DNA from: a virus | IMG/VR virus record: IMGVR_UViG_3300023242_000006 | Span: 5,476-69,475 of that record | DNA length: 64,000 nt | Direction: 5' to 3' (one strand) | Shown: piece by piece, positions 1 to 9,995 of the stretch | Position numbering within the stretch: the first letter of the stretch is position 1 | Layout: each line of letters opens with the position of its first letter | The notes under the pieces: generated by a model | What the model was told of the DNA's origin: nothing | The model's input: the letters and a program-made list of their open reading frames with translations, nothing else | Database searches by the model: none | Translations under genes and position numbers: made by a program

Positions 1-152
1 ACTTACTGAACTCCATACTGAACGACTTACTGAATGGTTTACTGAATCCTTTACTGAATATTTTACTGAATTATATACTGAATTATACACTGAATACCTT
101 ACTGACTTACTTATTGAATCGCTTACTTTATCTTTTATTGATTTACTTAGTT

Positions 153-374
153 TCATAGTTTTATTTTTGGTATTAAATTCCTTACTGAACCACTTACTGA
201 ATCCCTTACTGAATTCCAGACTGAATTACTTAGTGAATTACTTACTGAATTATACACTGAATACCATACTGACTTACTTATTGAATCGCTTACTTTATCT
301 TTTATCGATTTACCTAGTATCATAGTTTTATATTTGGTATTGAATTCCTTACTGAACCACTTACTGAAACCCAT
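153..374 (-). CDS. Repeat-array mini-protein (M-x-x-GKSIKDKV N-terminus, then xSVx tetrapeptide repeats, ending IPKIKL)
   Basis: ORF track. The N-terminus is conserved across array members, and the ATG lies in the conserved junction. Confidence 0.5.
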   Translation of the reverse strand: MGFSKWFSKEFNTKYKTMILGKSIKDKVSDSISKSVWYSVYNSVSNSLSNSVWNSVRDSVSGSVRNLIPKIKL

Positions 375-514
375 ACTGAATTACTTACAGAATCATATAC
401 TGAATCATTTACTTTATTACTTACAGAATAAAGTACTTTATCCCTTACTTTATTACTTACTGAATAATATACTGAAGCTCTTACGTTATCTTTTATTGAT
501 TTACTTAGTTTCAT
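320..514 (-). CDS. Repeat-array mini-protein paralog
   Basis: Same MKLSKSIKDNV..SV-repeat architecture. The 5' extension in the ORF track probably overcalls the start. Confidence 0.45.
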   Translation of the reverse strand: MKLSKSIKDNVRASVYYSVSNKVRDKVLYSVSNKVNDSVYDSVSNSVWVSVSGSVRNSIPNIKL

Positions 515-704
515 AGTTTATTTTTGGCATTAAATCCGTTACTGAATTCCTTACTGAATCACTTACTGAATCATGTACTGATTTAAATACTGAATCCCTT
601 ACTGAACGACTTACTGAATCCCTTACTGAATTCCAGACTGAATACCTTACTGAATTATATAGTGAATCCCTTACTTTATTTTTTATCGATTTACCTAGAA
701 TCAT
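501..704 (-). CDS. Repeat-array mini-protein paralog
   Basis: Begins MILGKSIKNKVRDS and carries SVxx repeats. Confidence 0.5.
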   Translation of the reverse strand: MILGKSIKNKVRDSLYNSVRYSVWNSVRDSVSRSVRDSVFKSVHDSVSDSVRNSVTDLMPKINYETK

Positions 705-708
705 AGTT

Positions 709-891
709 TTATTCTTTTATATTTGGTATTGAATCACTTACTGAATCATATACTGAATCCCTTACTGAATACCTTACTGAAACCCATACTGAAGCCCTTA
801 CAGAACCATGTACTGAATTATTTACTGAATTACTTACTGAATACCTTACTGAATCCTTTACTTTATCTTTTATTGATTTACCTATTATCAT
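709..891 (-). CDS. Repeat-array mini-protein paralog
   Basis: Begins MIIGKSIKDKVKDSVRYSV and ends IPNIKE. Confidence 0.5.
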   Translation of the reverse strand: MIIGKSIKDKVKDSVRYSVSNSVNNSVHGSVRASVWVSVRYSVRDSVYDSVSDSIPNIKE

Positions 892-1227
892 AGTTTTATT
901 CTTTTATTTTTGGTACTGAATCACCTACTGAACCCCATACTGAATCACTTACTGAAACCCATACTGAATCCCATACTGAATTATATACTGAATTACTTAC
1001 TGAATTATATACTGAATTACTTATTGAACTGTTTACTTTATCTTTTATCGATTTACCTAGCTTCATTGTTTTATTATTTTATATTTGGTACTGAATTCCT
1101 TACTGATTTCAGTACTGCATCACTTACTGAATACCATACTAAATTCCTTACTAAATTCCTTACTGAATTCCAGACTGAATCCCTTACTGAATTATATAGT
1201 GAATCCCTTACTTTATTTTTTATCGAT

Positions 1228-1515
1228 TTACCTAGTTTCATTGTTTATTTTTGACATTAAATCCCTTACTGAATTATATACTGAATCCCATACTGAATTC
1301 CTTACTTTATCACTTACTGAATTACTTACTGATTTAATCACTGAATCCCTTAATGAATACCTTACTGAACCCCTTACTGAATACCTTACTGAATACCTTA
1401 CTGAATACCATACTGAATCACTTACAGAACCATGTACTGAATTATTTACTGAATTACTTACTGAATACCTTACTGAATCCTTTACTTTATCTTTTATTGA
1501 TTTACCTATTATCAT
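1228..1515 (-). CDS. Repeat-array mini-protein paralog
   Basis: Begins MIIGKSIKDKVKDSV. It is longer because it has more 12-nt repeats. Confidence 0.5.
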   Translation of the reverse strand: MIIGKSIKDKVKDSVRYSVSNSVNNSVHGSVSDSVWYSVRYSVRYSVRGSVRYSLRDSVIKSVSNSVSDKVRNSVWDSVYNSVRDLMSKINNETR

Positions 1516-1730
1516 AGTTTTATATTTGGCGTTGAATTCCTTACTGATTTCATTATTAAATGATTCACTAAATGGTTTACCGAATAGATTATTGAATTAC
1601 TTACTGAATCTCTTACTGAATTCCTTACTGAATTCCTTACTGAATCCCTTACTGAATTCCTTACTGAATTCCTTACTGAACCCCTTATTGAACCCCTTAC
1701 TTTATCTTTTATTGGTTTACCTAGTTTCAT
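1512..1730 (-). CDS. Repeat-array mini-protein paralog
   Basis: Begins MKLGKPIKDKVRGS, with (SVRN)n repeats. Confidence 0.5.
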   Translation of the reverse strand: MKLGKPIKDKVRGSIRGSVRNSVRNSVRDSVRNSVRNSVRDSVSNSIIYSVNHLVNHLIMKSVRNSTPNIKL

Positions 1731-1766
1731 TGTTTATTTTTGGCATTAAATCCGTTACTGAATCCC

Positions 1767-1979
1767 TTACTGAATCCCTTCTGAATTACTTACTGAACAC
1801 CATACTGAATTACTTACTGAACTCCATACTGAATCACTTACTAAATCACGTACTGAATCCCATACTGAATTACTTACAGAATCATATACTGAATCATTTA
1901 CTTTATTACTTACTGAATACCTTGCTGAACCAAATACTGAATCCCTTACTTTATCTTTTATTGATTTACCTACTATCAT
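1767..1979 (-). CDS. Repeat-array mini-protein paralog
   Basis: Begins MIVGKSIKDKVRDSV. Confidence 0.5.
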   Translation of the reverse strand: MIVGKSIKDKVRDSVFGSARYSVSNKVNDSVYDSVSNSVWDSVRDLVSDSVWSSVSNSVWCSVSNSEGIQ

Positions 1980-1983
1980 AGTT

Positions 1984-2178
1984 TTATTCTTTTATTTTTG
2001 GTATTGAATTACTTACTGAACGACTTACTGAATTACTTACTGGAGTCCATACTGAATTCCTTACTGAATTCCTTACTGGAGTCCATACTGAATTCCTTAC
2101 TGAATACCATACTGAATCACTTACTGAATCTCTTACTGAACCCCTTACTTTATCTTTTATTGATTTACCTAGTATCAT
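1984..2178 (-). CDS. Repeat-array mini-protein paralog
   Basis: Begins MILGKSIKDKVRGSV and ends IPKIKE. Confidence 0.5.
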   Translation of the reverse strand: MILGKSIKDKVRGSVRDSVSDSVWYSVRNSVWTPVRNSVRNSVWTPVSNSVSRSVSNSIPKIKE

Positions 2179-2187
2179 TGTTTTAAT

Positions 2188-2232
2188 AAAAAAGTGCAGA
2201 AGGTTATTATTTTTCCCTCTGCACCTAATTTA
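2188..2232 (-). terminator. Rho-independent terminator (stem GGTGCAGAGGG/CCTTCTGCAC followed by a T-run on the minus strand)
   Basis: The inverted repeat gtgcagaagg...ccctctgcac reads on the minus strand as a hairpin followed by TTTTTTATT. It lies directly downstream of gene 2234..2479. Confidence 0.6.
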
Positions 2233-2233
2233 A

Positions 2234-2479
2234 TTAATCTTTTGACTTTTCGTAAACTGCTTTCAAAGGATTGTAAACAACTTGTGTTGTGATTAAACAA
2301 CTTTTCTTTTGTTCTAAAGTTGTGTGATTTTCTGTTGTTAAAACAGACTCACCCTCAACTAAGAACGTTTCATTTACTGCATCAATATCTACTACTTTTT
2401 TAGCGTTTTTGATGAAGTGACCACTTGTACTACTTGGTGCTACATTTACACCCACATTTAATTTTTCCATACTACTCAT
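2234..2479 (-). CDS. Hypothetical protein (unique insert inside the repeat array)
   Basis: Non-repetitive 81-aa ORF between array units, with its own terminator. Confidence 0.5.
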   Translation of the reverse strand: MSSMEKLNVGVNVAPSSTSGHFIKNAKKVVDIDAVNETFLVEGESVLTTENHTTLEQKKSCLITTQVVYNPLKAVYEKSKD

Positions 2480-2762
2480 ATTTATTGTTTAAAATTTTAC
2501 TGAATTACTTATTTTATTTTTAGTATTGAATTACTTACTGAATCCCTTACTTTATCTTTTATTTGTTTACCTAGTTTCATTGTTTATTTACCTAGTATCA
2601 TTATTTTATTTTTGGTATTGAATCATGTACTGAATCATATACTAAATCCCTTACTGAATCACTTACTGAACCCCATACTGAATCATATACTGAATCACTT
2701 ACTGAATTATATACTGAATCCCATACTGAATTACTTACTTTATCTTTTATCGATTTACCGAT
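2480..2762. repeat. Degenerate distal units of the same CTTACTGAAT array
   Basis: Junction motifs recur near 2560, 2590 and 2745 without an intact mini-gene ORF. Confidence 0.7.
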
Positions 2763-2763
2763 A

Positions 2764-3915
2764 TTAAAATTCATAAGTCATTAATTTGAAGTAATCGTTA
2801 CCCGATAAACTAGAGTAACGTTGAAGTTCATCATTACTAAATTCACCATTTTCTAATTTATAGGTAATATCATCATCAAATATAGTTGAAAATTTCTCAC
2901 CTTGTCTACTAATACTAACAATATTATTTTTTAAAATAGTAGGTACTCTGTATAAACTAGCGATAGCATCTTTAGCGGAGTCATAACTTGGCTCAACACC
3001 TAAAAAAAACATTCTATCTGTTGATGGGCAATAACACCTTACATATGCAATATTTACGTCATTTATTTGACCCTTAAATAGTGTGTAAACACCAATTCTG
3101 TTAGACCTAGTTGTACCTTCCAAATATTCATTTTTAGTATCATTCACAAATGAATCAACCTGTTTTAGATTATCTCGCATGAAGTCAAAAACAGCTTCTG
3201 TGCCGTCTCTACTTTCAATGTAAAGTAAAATCATTGACTTGGTTTCTTCGTTCTCTTCCTTAATAAAATCACTAAATGTATACTTTCTATTTTTCAACTT
3301 TAAAAATAAATCAGCATCAACATTTAAACCATTGATAAAATAGCAACCAGTACCATCATTAAATTCAATCGCAAAATCTTCTGTGTTGTGAGGCAATAAA
3401 TTTTCAGAAAGAATGTATTTAGGTGGTTGTACAGCGAAAACAACATTTTCAAATTCAAACGTTTCAAAAACATTTGACTCAATTAATGATTGGTACATAT
3501 TGAACTTTTCATCATTTAACACACCAATCTGTGTGAAATAATCATAAAACGAAATCCAACCAAAATTTGACCACCCAATGTATGAACTTTTCAGCTCTTT
3601 GTTTTCATCCATTTTTTTTAAAAAATCGGATTTTAATTTACTATTTTTATATTTTTCAAAAATAGTTGGGTATTCTGATACATCCATATTAAAATCCTTA
3701 AACATAGTTATTTTAATAATAGCATCAATTATCGAATCACAATAGATAACTTGTGGATTAGGTAAACTAACAAGGTTATTATATAACCAACTTATACCTG
3801 TTTCAAATTTTGATTTGTCAATACCCATTGAGCAATCATTGTAGGCTTTATTTATCCATTTGTCTCTTACTACCAATGTTAACGCCTCTTCTTGTTTTGT
3901 TAATTCTTCTTTCAT
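2764..3915 (-). CDS. Hypothetical protein (383 aa)
   Basis: Long ORF with no recognisable motif. Confidence 0.55.
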   Translation of the reverse strand: MKEELTKQEEALTLVVRDKWINKAYNDCSMGIDKSKFETGISWLYNNLVSLPNPQVIYCDSIIDAIIKITMFKDFNMDVSEYPTIFEKYKNSKLKSDFLKKMDENKELKSSYIGWSNFGWISFYDYFTQIGVLNDEKFNMYQSLIESNVFETFEFENVVFAVQPPKYILSENLLPHNTEDFAIEFNDGTGCYFINGLNVDADLFLKLKNRKYTFSDFIKEENEETKSMILLYIESRDGTEAVFDFMRDNLKQVDSFVNDTKNEYLEGTTRSNRIGVYTLFKGQINDVNIAYVRCYCPSTDRMFFLGVEPSYDSAKDAIASLYRVPTILKNNIVSISRQGEKFSTIFDDDITYKLENGEFSNDELQRYSSLSGNDYFKLMTYEF

Positions 3916-3956
3916 TTTTTTTGTTTTTCTTTTTGTTAATTATTATTATTATTTGA

Positions 3957-4588
3957 TTAATCCCACCAACCTTCTATATTGTTTTCCAATATATTAAACA
4001 ACAACTTTTTTGCTCTTTCGTGATTGATGTGTCCTATATTCATTGCGATTTTTTGTTTTATTTCGCTTTGGTTTTCACCATCAAGTGTAAAGATACCTTT
4101 GCCAGTTAAAACTTGTTTATATATTCTAGGATATTTTTTAAAGTAGTCGTCAAAGTTTTCTTCTAATAACCTAGATTTCCAAGCTGAACAACCTCGTCCA
4201 TCATTAATTGGTTTAAACCAATTTTTTGTTTTATGGTAATCAGAATACTCACTTGAATAAAACTCATCTTGTACAAGTTTCATTAAACGAACACAAAGCC
4301 TCATTCTACTTGCATCTTGTTTTGCTCTGGTATGAATATCTCTATCCCCAATATATTTGGCTTGTGCTGATAGTTTATGTTTTAGTATTTCGAAGATATA
4401 GTGGCTATCCCAATCTCTATCTTTCCATATGATAGGAAACCAATAGATAAGTTTTTTAACGCCTTTAATAAACTCTTTACCAATGAATCTACCATCATTT
4501 TTCCACCACATGGCTATAAACCTTAATTTTCTAATTATCCAAGGTTTAGAATCTCTTTCATCTTTCCATTGGTCGAATATGTCTTTTT
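3957..4588 (-). CDS. Hypothetical protein (start trimmed to MEAEKD, downstream of the promoter motif at 4594)
   Basis: ORF 3957..4625. The TACAAAGGTA motif at 4594-4603 lies inside the longer call, so the internal ATG is more likely. Confidence 0.5.
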
Positions 4589-4648
4589 CTGCTTCCATGG
4601 TACAAAGGTACATATAATATTTCATATACGCAAATAAATTTTATATTT

Positions 4649-5056
4649 TTATTTTAAATATTTGTATTTTGTTTTAACTATCGCATATAGTTCTTTTAAT
4701 TTAGAACCATGTGGTTTTCCTTGTCCTAACCCTTGTAGTGTTTTAAATTCATTATCGAAAATTGATTGTAACGTTTCTTTTGTTTCTGCATTATGAATAA
4801 TAGCTTCAACTTCATCAGCATATTTCCAGAATTTATCTGATTTTCTACTCATCGAAATAGTAAGTGTTAACATAAAACCAAACGGAACCCCAACAAATAA
4901 CCCCATTTTAAGATTCACAAACTGATTTAGAGGTAATTCAGCACTATCACTAAAAAATTGGAAGAGTAAGAAGATAAAAATTACAGTAAATAACCACCAA
5001 AAAATAAAGATTTGAAATAAAGGTGCTGTGTCAAAAAAGTTACTTAATTTTTTCAT
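4649..5056 (-). CDS. Membrane protein (N-terminal TM helices)
   Basis: Hydrophobic N-terminus FFDTAPLFQIFIFWWLFTVIFIFLLF. Confidence 0.5.
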   Translation of the reverse strand: MKKLSNFFDTAPLFQIFIFWWLFTVIFIFLLFQFFSDSAELPLNQFVNLKMGLFVGVPFGFMLTLTISMSRKSDKFWKYADEVEAIIHNAETKETLQSIFDNEFKTLQGLGQGKPHGSKLKELYAIVKTKYKYLK

Positions 5057-5440
5057 ATTGTTTTTAATTTAGGTTCATTTGTCAATTTCTTTTTCGAAAT
5101 ACTTTTGCATGATGTATGCAAGTAATGTACTTTGTATAATAATTTCTGGATATGACCAGTGTTCAAGGATAAGCGTAAGCCCTATCGTGATGAATAGGAA
5201 CAATATTATAAATAAGCCAAATGTTTTCATAAGTTAGTTTTTCTTTCGTGTTCCAATACTTTTATATGTCTTTTTAGTGCGTTAATCTCGAAGTCTTTTG
5301 CATTATCAGTTGTTGCTTCATTAAATACGGCTCTGAACGTTGCGTACAGTCTTCTGTGTGATATTTTGAACCGTGCCAAGTCCCAATCAATCATACGGTT
5401 CTTGGCATGTTTGTTTAGTAATTCAGCCAGTTTGTCCATA

Positions 5441-5671
5441 TTATTTTGTGTTGCATTTACAGTGTCCCGCATGTGTCATTGAAATTCCATCTCTAACTTT
5501 GGAATAGATATAAGTATGACCTTTGTAGTCAAACTCTTGTATGTCTTCAGCATGTGAAAAAGCACCATTGCTAATTCTTACAGTACCTTTTGTTGGCGTT
5601 TTTTGTTCTACATGAGTTGTTGTTTCACCACACCCAGTTAACCCTAATAGAATGAACAGAACCCAAACCAA
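5441..5671 (-). CDS. Putative lipoprotein
   Basis: Signal peptide with lipobox LGLTGC. Confidence 0.45.
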   Translation of the reverse strand: MVWVLFILLGLTGCGETTTHVEQKTPTKGTVRISNGAFSHAEDIQEFDYKGHTYIYSKVRDGISMTHAGHCKCNTK

Positions 5672-5688
5672 TGATAATTTTTCTTTAA

Positions 5689-6129
5689 TTATAATAAAAT
5701 GTTTGTTGATGTTGTACTCTTTTCATTGTACTCACTTACCGTATAATTAAACATTACTTCGTGAACTTTTATCACCTTTGATGTATCTTGTTTGATTACG
5801 GTATGTTGGAAACGTTCGTAGAACTTCACGTCTTCTGCTTCAAACTCGTGGATGAACCAACCATGTTTTTGCAATATTATAATGTCGTCTTTGGTAAACC
5901 AAAAGAACAAGTTATCTAGTGTTTCTACTGCTGATAACCAACTTGCTATTTCTTCGTCAAAATCCATAGCTAAATTTGAGTTAGCACAAAAACTAAACTC
6001 ATTATGAATAAGTCCAGTGAATTCACCATTGAATGCGTACCAAAGACCTTGTAGTGTATCTTTGTGGCATACTCTGAAATATGTTTGTTTACAGCTCATT
6101 TTCTTTTTCGTATAGGTGCCTTCCAACAC
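5689..6129 (-). CDS. Hypothetical protein
   Basis: ORF of 146 aa. Confidence 0.5.
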   Translation of the reverse strand: MLEGTYTKKKMSCKQTYFRVCHKDTLQGLWYAFNGEFTGLIHNEFSFCANSNLAMDFDEEIASWLSAVETLDNLFFWFTKDDIIILQKHGWFIHEFEAEDVKFYERFQHTVIKQDTSKVIKVHEVMFNYTVSEYNEKSTTSTNILL

Positions 6130-6269
6130 ATTTAGTTTCTTCTTTACAATCCCAAAGCATACCTCTTTTTTCTGGTGGTATCATATGGCAATTGTGTGGT
6201 TTGTTATGGTTCTTAGAATGTTCAATGATTCTATCGTTAAAATGGTTTCTAATAACCCATGGACATTCT

Positions 6270-6617
6270 TTACAAGGTTTCGCCATGTTTTTCTCCTTCT
6301 ACTTGTTTTTTGTTCTTGTTGTGGTACGCATCGATTTCGTCTTGCGTTGCCAAACGGTATTCAACACCATACAAGTCCAATTCTTGGTGGTCACAATGCC
6401 AGTCACAAGCAACGTGTGTTGCACCATGCGAACGCATTTCTGTTAACTTGTTGATTAGGTTTTCTATGTTAACCAGACCCGCATCTGAAAATAAGGTTTC
6501 ACCCAATTCGGTGTAGTCTTCATGTGTATCATAGTCAAAACCTAGTTCTTCAAATGGACGAGAATCCAATGAAATTTCTTGAATGTTTTTCTGGTGTAAG
6601 AATAATACGTTTTCCAT
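6270..6617 (-). CDS. Hypothetical acidic protein
   Basis: ORF of 115 aa. The promoter motif lies 17 nt upstream at 6635-6644. Confidence 0.5.
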   Translation of the reverse strand: MENVLFLHQKNIQEISLDSRPFEELGFDYDTHEDYTELGETLFSDAGLVNIENLINKLTEMRSHGATHVACDWHCDHQELDLYGVEYRLATQDEIDAYHNKNKKQVEGEKHGETL

Positions 6618-6634
6618 GTTTTACTTATTTAGAA

Positions 6635-6690
6635 TACAAAGGTATGAAATAAAAATGACACTACCAAATGATAGTGTCACTTTTTTATTA
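6635..6690 (-). promoter_or_regulatory. Terminator-promoter cassette, copy 1: TACAAAGGTA promoter element next to the palindrome TGACACTAccaaatgaTAGTGTCA flanked by A/T runs
   Basis: Direct reading. Near-identical cassettes occur at 13732-13790 and 21155-21210. Confidence 0.6.
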
Positions 6691-6695
6691 AAAAA

Positions 6696-7289
6696 TTATT
6701 TTAATTTAGCTTTTTTACTCTCATCAATCATTTTATCCAACATATCTAACCCTTCACCTATGTTTTTCAACTTATCAACACGGAAATCTGATAACTCCAA
6801 TCGTTTAAATGGTAAAATGAACTCTTTAACCAAATCATTGTGCTTGTCGTGTCTTCCCCAATCTTTCACGTAGCCATCGTACTTACCAGTAGTTTCTACG
6901 TGGTCTAGTGTATCTTTGCAGAATGTGTTAGCTTCTTTGTATTTGTGGTCGTAACCACCAACAAAACGTTCAGCCAATTCAAGACTAGACATATTGCTTC
7001 TGATATCTAACCCACATGAAATATTTTCAATAGCATTCAAATGCAAACAAATAATCAATCGATAGTCATAAGGTAAACTATCTTTAACAAGGATTTCTTT
7101 GATTTCTCTTTCAATCTCGTTTACACGTTGGATAAAGGCAGTAGCATTTTTCTTACTCAAACACCATACGTATTTATGGTAATGTGATGGAACATAGTCC
7201 AACCCAGTAACATAATCAATTTGGAAATACTTTCCTTTTTTTGATGCTTTAAATGATGTTAGCATAGTTTTTTTTATTTGATGAAACAA
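6696..7289 (-). CDS. Hypothetical protein (possible HD-type phosphohydrolase, weak)
   Basis: His/Asp-rich segments (HYHKY, RHDKHND). Motif assignment is uncertain. Confidence 0.35.
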   Translation of the reverse strand: MFHQIKKTMLTSFKASKKGKYFQIDYVTGLDYVPSHYHKYVWCLSKKNATAFIQRVNEIEREIKEILVKDSLPYDYRLIICLHLNAIENISCGLDIRSNMSSLELAERFVGGYDHKYKEANTFCKDTLDHVETTGKYDGYVKDWGRHDKHNDLVKEFILPFKRLELSDFRVDKLKNIGEGLDMLDKMIDESKKAKLK

Positions 7290-7305
7290 AGGTAAGGATA
7301 ATAAT

Positions 7306-7512
7306 TTACCTATGCAAATATTTTCTAATAAATTTTCTTTCTTTTTTATTTAGCACGAGAACGTAGTGTCTTCCACTACGTGTTTTATAGACTTGAAGGC
7401 GTTCTTTACCCTCATAGTACCATTCATCGGTGTAGCTATGTTCTTTTATTAGTAATTCGGGATAGCAAGAGAATAATAAAAAAGCGAACACTAACAGTAA
7501 AATGTTTTTCAT
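7306..7512 (-). CDS. Small secreted protein or lipoprotein
   Basis: Signal peptide LLLVFAFLLFSC. Confidence 0.4.
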   Translation of the reverse strand: MKNILLLVFAFLLFSCYPELLIKEHSYTDEWYYEGKERLQVYKTRSGRHYVLVLNKKERKFIRKYLHR

Positions 7513-7718
7513 CGCTTTTTTATTAAATGTTTATATTTTTCACGTTGTTCTAAACGGTCTTCTTCCAAAGCATAGTTTAAATATTCAATAGCTTGGTCGC
7601 ACCATCTACCCTCACACATGTTACCTTTGGAATCACAGCGTGACCCACAGATAAAATCTTCACAAAGAAGACACATGCGTTCTTGTTGTTCTTCCGAAAG
7701 TTCATGTTGCTCCAACAT
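7509..7718 (-). CDS. Cys-rich small protein
   Basis: CLLCEDFICGSRCDSKGNMCEGRWC. Confidence 0.4.
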   Translation of the reverse strand: MLEQHELSEEQQERMCLLCEDFICGSRCDSKGNMCEGRWCDQAIEYLNYALEEDRLEQREKYKHLIKKR

Positions 7719-8491
7719 ATATTATTCTTTAAGTGTTTTTACTATGTCTTTAATCGCATTAACTGCTGACAGTAGTGTTGATGTATCGGATTTATAATCA
7801 ACTTTATCACGTGTAGTTAATGGGTAAGAACTTCTGCTTCTTTATCACCAATACGAACTTTGATTCGTAATAAACTTTCTTGTGCCATTATCTGTTTTCG
7901 TTTATGTATTGAATTGCTTCTGGTCTTAATCTCGCTCTCATTTTTGCTTGATTTTCGTAATCAAACATACGGTAAAACACCATAGCGTTGTCTTGGACAT
8001 TGGTTATTGAGTTTATTCTTTCCAATTTTTCTGTAACATACCCATATTGGTTATCGTATGTTTGCCACACAGCAATTGCTGATGCTTTCATTTCCTCAAA
8101 AATAAGGACGCTTGGTGTATTCATAATTAATGTTTTTATTAGTCTTCTTCTTCTTCTTCTGGATTGTTAGCGTCAATAATCTTTTCAGCTTTTAAATTGT
8201 ATAAAATATCTCCCATGCTATCCTGTGACAATATGTAGTTTCTAATTTCTTCAATGGTAAATGTGTTCTGCATAGCTATTATATTAATTTAATTATTTTC
8301 ATTTGTTATATCTTTAATTATTGTTGATTTAATTGGGTATGATGCTACAATATAATTCGTTTCACCGTATTCTCCTCCGTAAAATGTATAAGCATTCTCT
8401 GAGATTACGCATTCTCTACATTCGATTTTTACTCTACCTTCGTGTCCGTTGAAATAATATGATACACTAAATGTTTTTTTATTTTTCATGA

Positions 8492-8745
8492 TTAATTAAT
8501 TATATTTTCTATGTATTTATAAGTTCTTAGACCTTTTTCACCTTTTTCTATTGCTTGCACCATACCTTTTTTATATGAATACCTTACCCAGTGACCCTTT
8601 GAGTTTGAATATCGTCTTAATTTACCTCTACTATATTCCCATTGTTCAGCTAAATCACCTACAACACGATAAATTAAGTTGCCTTTTTTATCGTAGTTTT
8701 CAAAAGATTTGATTGACCCATTAGAGTATTCAGAAAAGTTTTAAT
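8492..8745 (-). pseudogene. MORN-repeat-like gene fragment with no ATG start
   Basis: The minus frame reads NFSEYSNGSIKSFENYDKKGNLIYRVVGDLAEQWEYSRGKLRRYSNSKGHWVRYSYKKG. It is open but has no in-frame ATG. Confidence 0.35.
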
Positions 8746-8783
8746 AGTGAAATCTTTATAATAGGTTATTTTGTGTGCTACCA

Positions 8784-9194
8784 TTAGAACTTGGGTTCAA
8801 TAACATTTATTGCCGAATATTCCACGTCATCTACTGTGTAATTTTCCACATACGCATAACATTTTCCATCTTTCAAGTTTGATTTGAAACCAAAGAAATC
8901 AAGGATTAAAAGTAAATCATAAGTTTCTGGGGTTTTATCATCTACCGAAACAGAAATATGTCTGCACTCACCGATAGGGTGTACTTCTATTGAATAGGCT
9001 ACACGATACCCCATGGGTAATTCTATTGAATGGTTTGGGTTATTCCCGATAGCATCATCGATTGCTTCTTCACTGTCTACTTTTTGTTGTAGTTCAACCA
9101 TTTTATCATAAGATACCACATGGTTATCTGCATACTCGATAAGAGTTTTGATTTTCTTTTGGACTTCATCGTCCAATAATAATAGCTCTAACAT
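8784..9194 (-). CDS. Hypothetical protein
   Basis: ORF of 136 aa. Confidence 0.5.
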   Translation of the reverse strand: MLELLLLDDEVQKKIKTLIEYADNHVVSYDKMVELQQKVDSEEAIDDAIGNNPNHSIELPMGYRVAYSIEVHPIGECRHISVSVDDKTPETYDLLLILDFFGFKSNLKDGKCYAYVENYTVDDVEYSAINVIEPKF

Positions 9195-9329
9195 ATTTTT
9201 GGTAATAAATTTTTAATAAATGGAAACCAACGTTTTAACCAACAAATTTTCTTTGCTCGTTTATAACCTTCAAGTCTAACTTTATCTTTCACTTCTTCTG
9301 ATGTTTCGGATAAAATACGTTGTGCTGTT

Positions 9330-9995
9330 TTACTTCTCATTATTTTTATTTTTAAGTTCAGATAAAAACCTTTCGATAACAGAACCTCTCGTATCTCCTT
9401 CTTGACGGTCAAACAACATAAAATCCAAAAGAATCTTTCCCAATTCATTTTCGTGATACATTTTAGAGTTGTTTTTAACATGTGGTAATACAACACCTCT
9501 TAAAGATTCTTCTGCTCTTTTTAACGCTTGTGGGAACATTGTTTTACCCTTAAACTTTTCCATTATCTCACTAATACTTTTAGCTTCACCAGTATCAATA
9601 ATAGCCATGTCTTCCAACTCACCACCATTATCTAAGTTAGGGCAACTTTGAATGCGGAACTCGACTTCTTTATCTATTTCAGCTTTGATTTGCCATTTAA
9701 CTTTCTTTGGACTAATATATCTGGATAGATTAGTTTTGGCTAATTCAGCAACGCATGCGTTAACTGATTCTGAAATCTCTGTGTGTAACACTTCAACTTC
9801 AACCAAGTCTTGATAAACTTCAATAACTATGACTTTGGTAAACACATTGTGTTTAACGGCATCACCAGTGTCGTTTTGGTTGAAGTAAGTTAAAACATCA
9901 TGGTAAACACCAATATCACCAACTTGAATATTTTTAATAGACTTTGTTTTTTTACCTAAAAAACTAAAAAACGGTTTTTGGTTATTACTTTGCAT
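9330..9995 (-). CDS. Hypothetical protein (221 aa)
   Basis: The promoter motif at 10016-10025 lies about 20 nt upstream. Confidence 0.55.
   Translation of the reverse strand: MQSNNQKPFFSFLGKKTKSIKNIQVGDIGVYHDVLTYFNQNDTGDAVKHNVFTKVIVIEVYQDLVEVEVLHTEISESVNACVAELAKTNLSRYISPKKVKWQIKAEIDKEVEFRIQSCPNLDNGGELEDMAIIDTGEAKSISEIMEKFKGKTMFPQALKRAEESLRGVVLPHVKNNSKMYHENELGKILLDFMLFDRQEGDTRGSVIERFLSELKNKNNEK

Larger units (their letters stand above)
1..2185. repeat. Higher-order tandem array: about 13 units of 175-265 bp, each built from 12-nt CTTACTGAATnn microrepeats plus a conserved roughly 60-bp junction (ACTTTATCTTTTATyGATTTACCTAGyATCATAGTTTTAT)
   Basis: Direct reading. The junction sequence recurs near 112, 288, 470, 675, 855, 1035, 1210, 1475, 1698, 1950 and 2140. 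The 12-nt period gives 4-aa repeats in every frame. Confidence 0.9.

Noticed and set aside
334-2186. Plus-strand ORFs through the tandem array (334..516, 910..1254, 1085..1981, 1998..2186) encoding LTEY/LLNS repeats
   Set aside because: Every frame of a 12-nt repeat is open. Only the minus-strand frames have conserved start contexts (ATG in the junction, MILGKSIKDKV) and conserved ends.
1-2762. CRISPR array
   Set aside because: The repeat units are 12 nt, tandem with no unique spacers of uniform length, and coding. This is not CRISPR.
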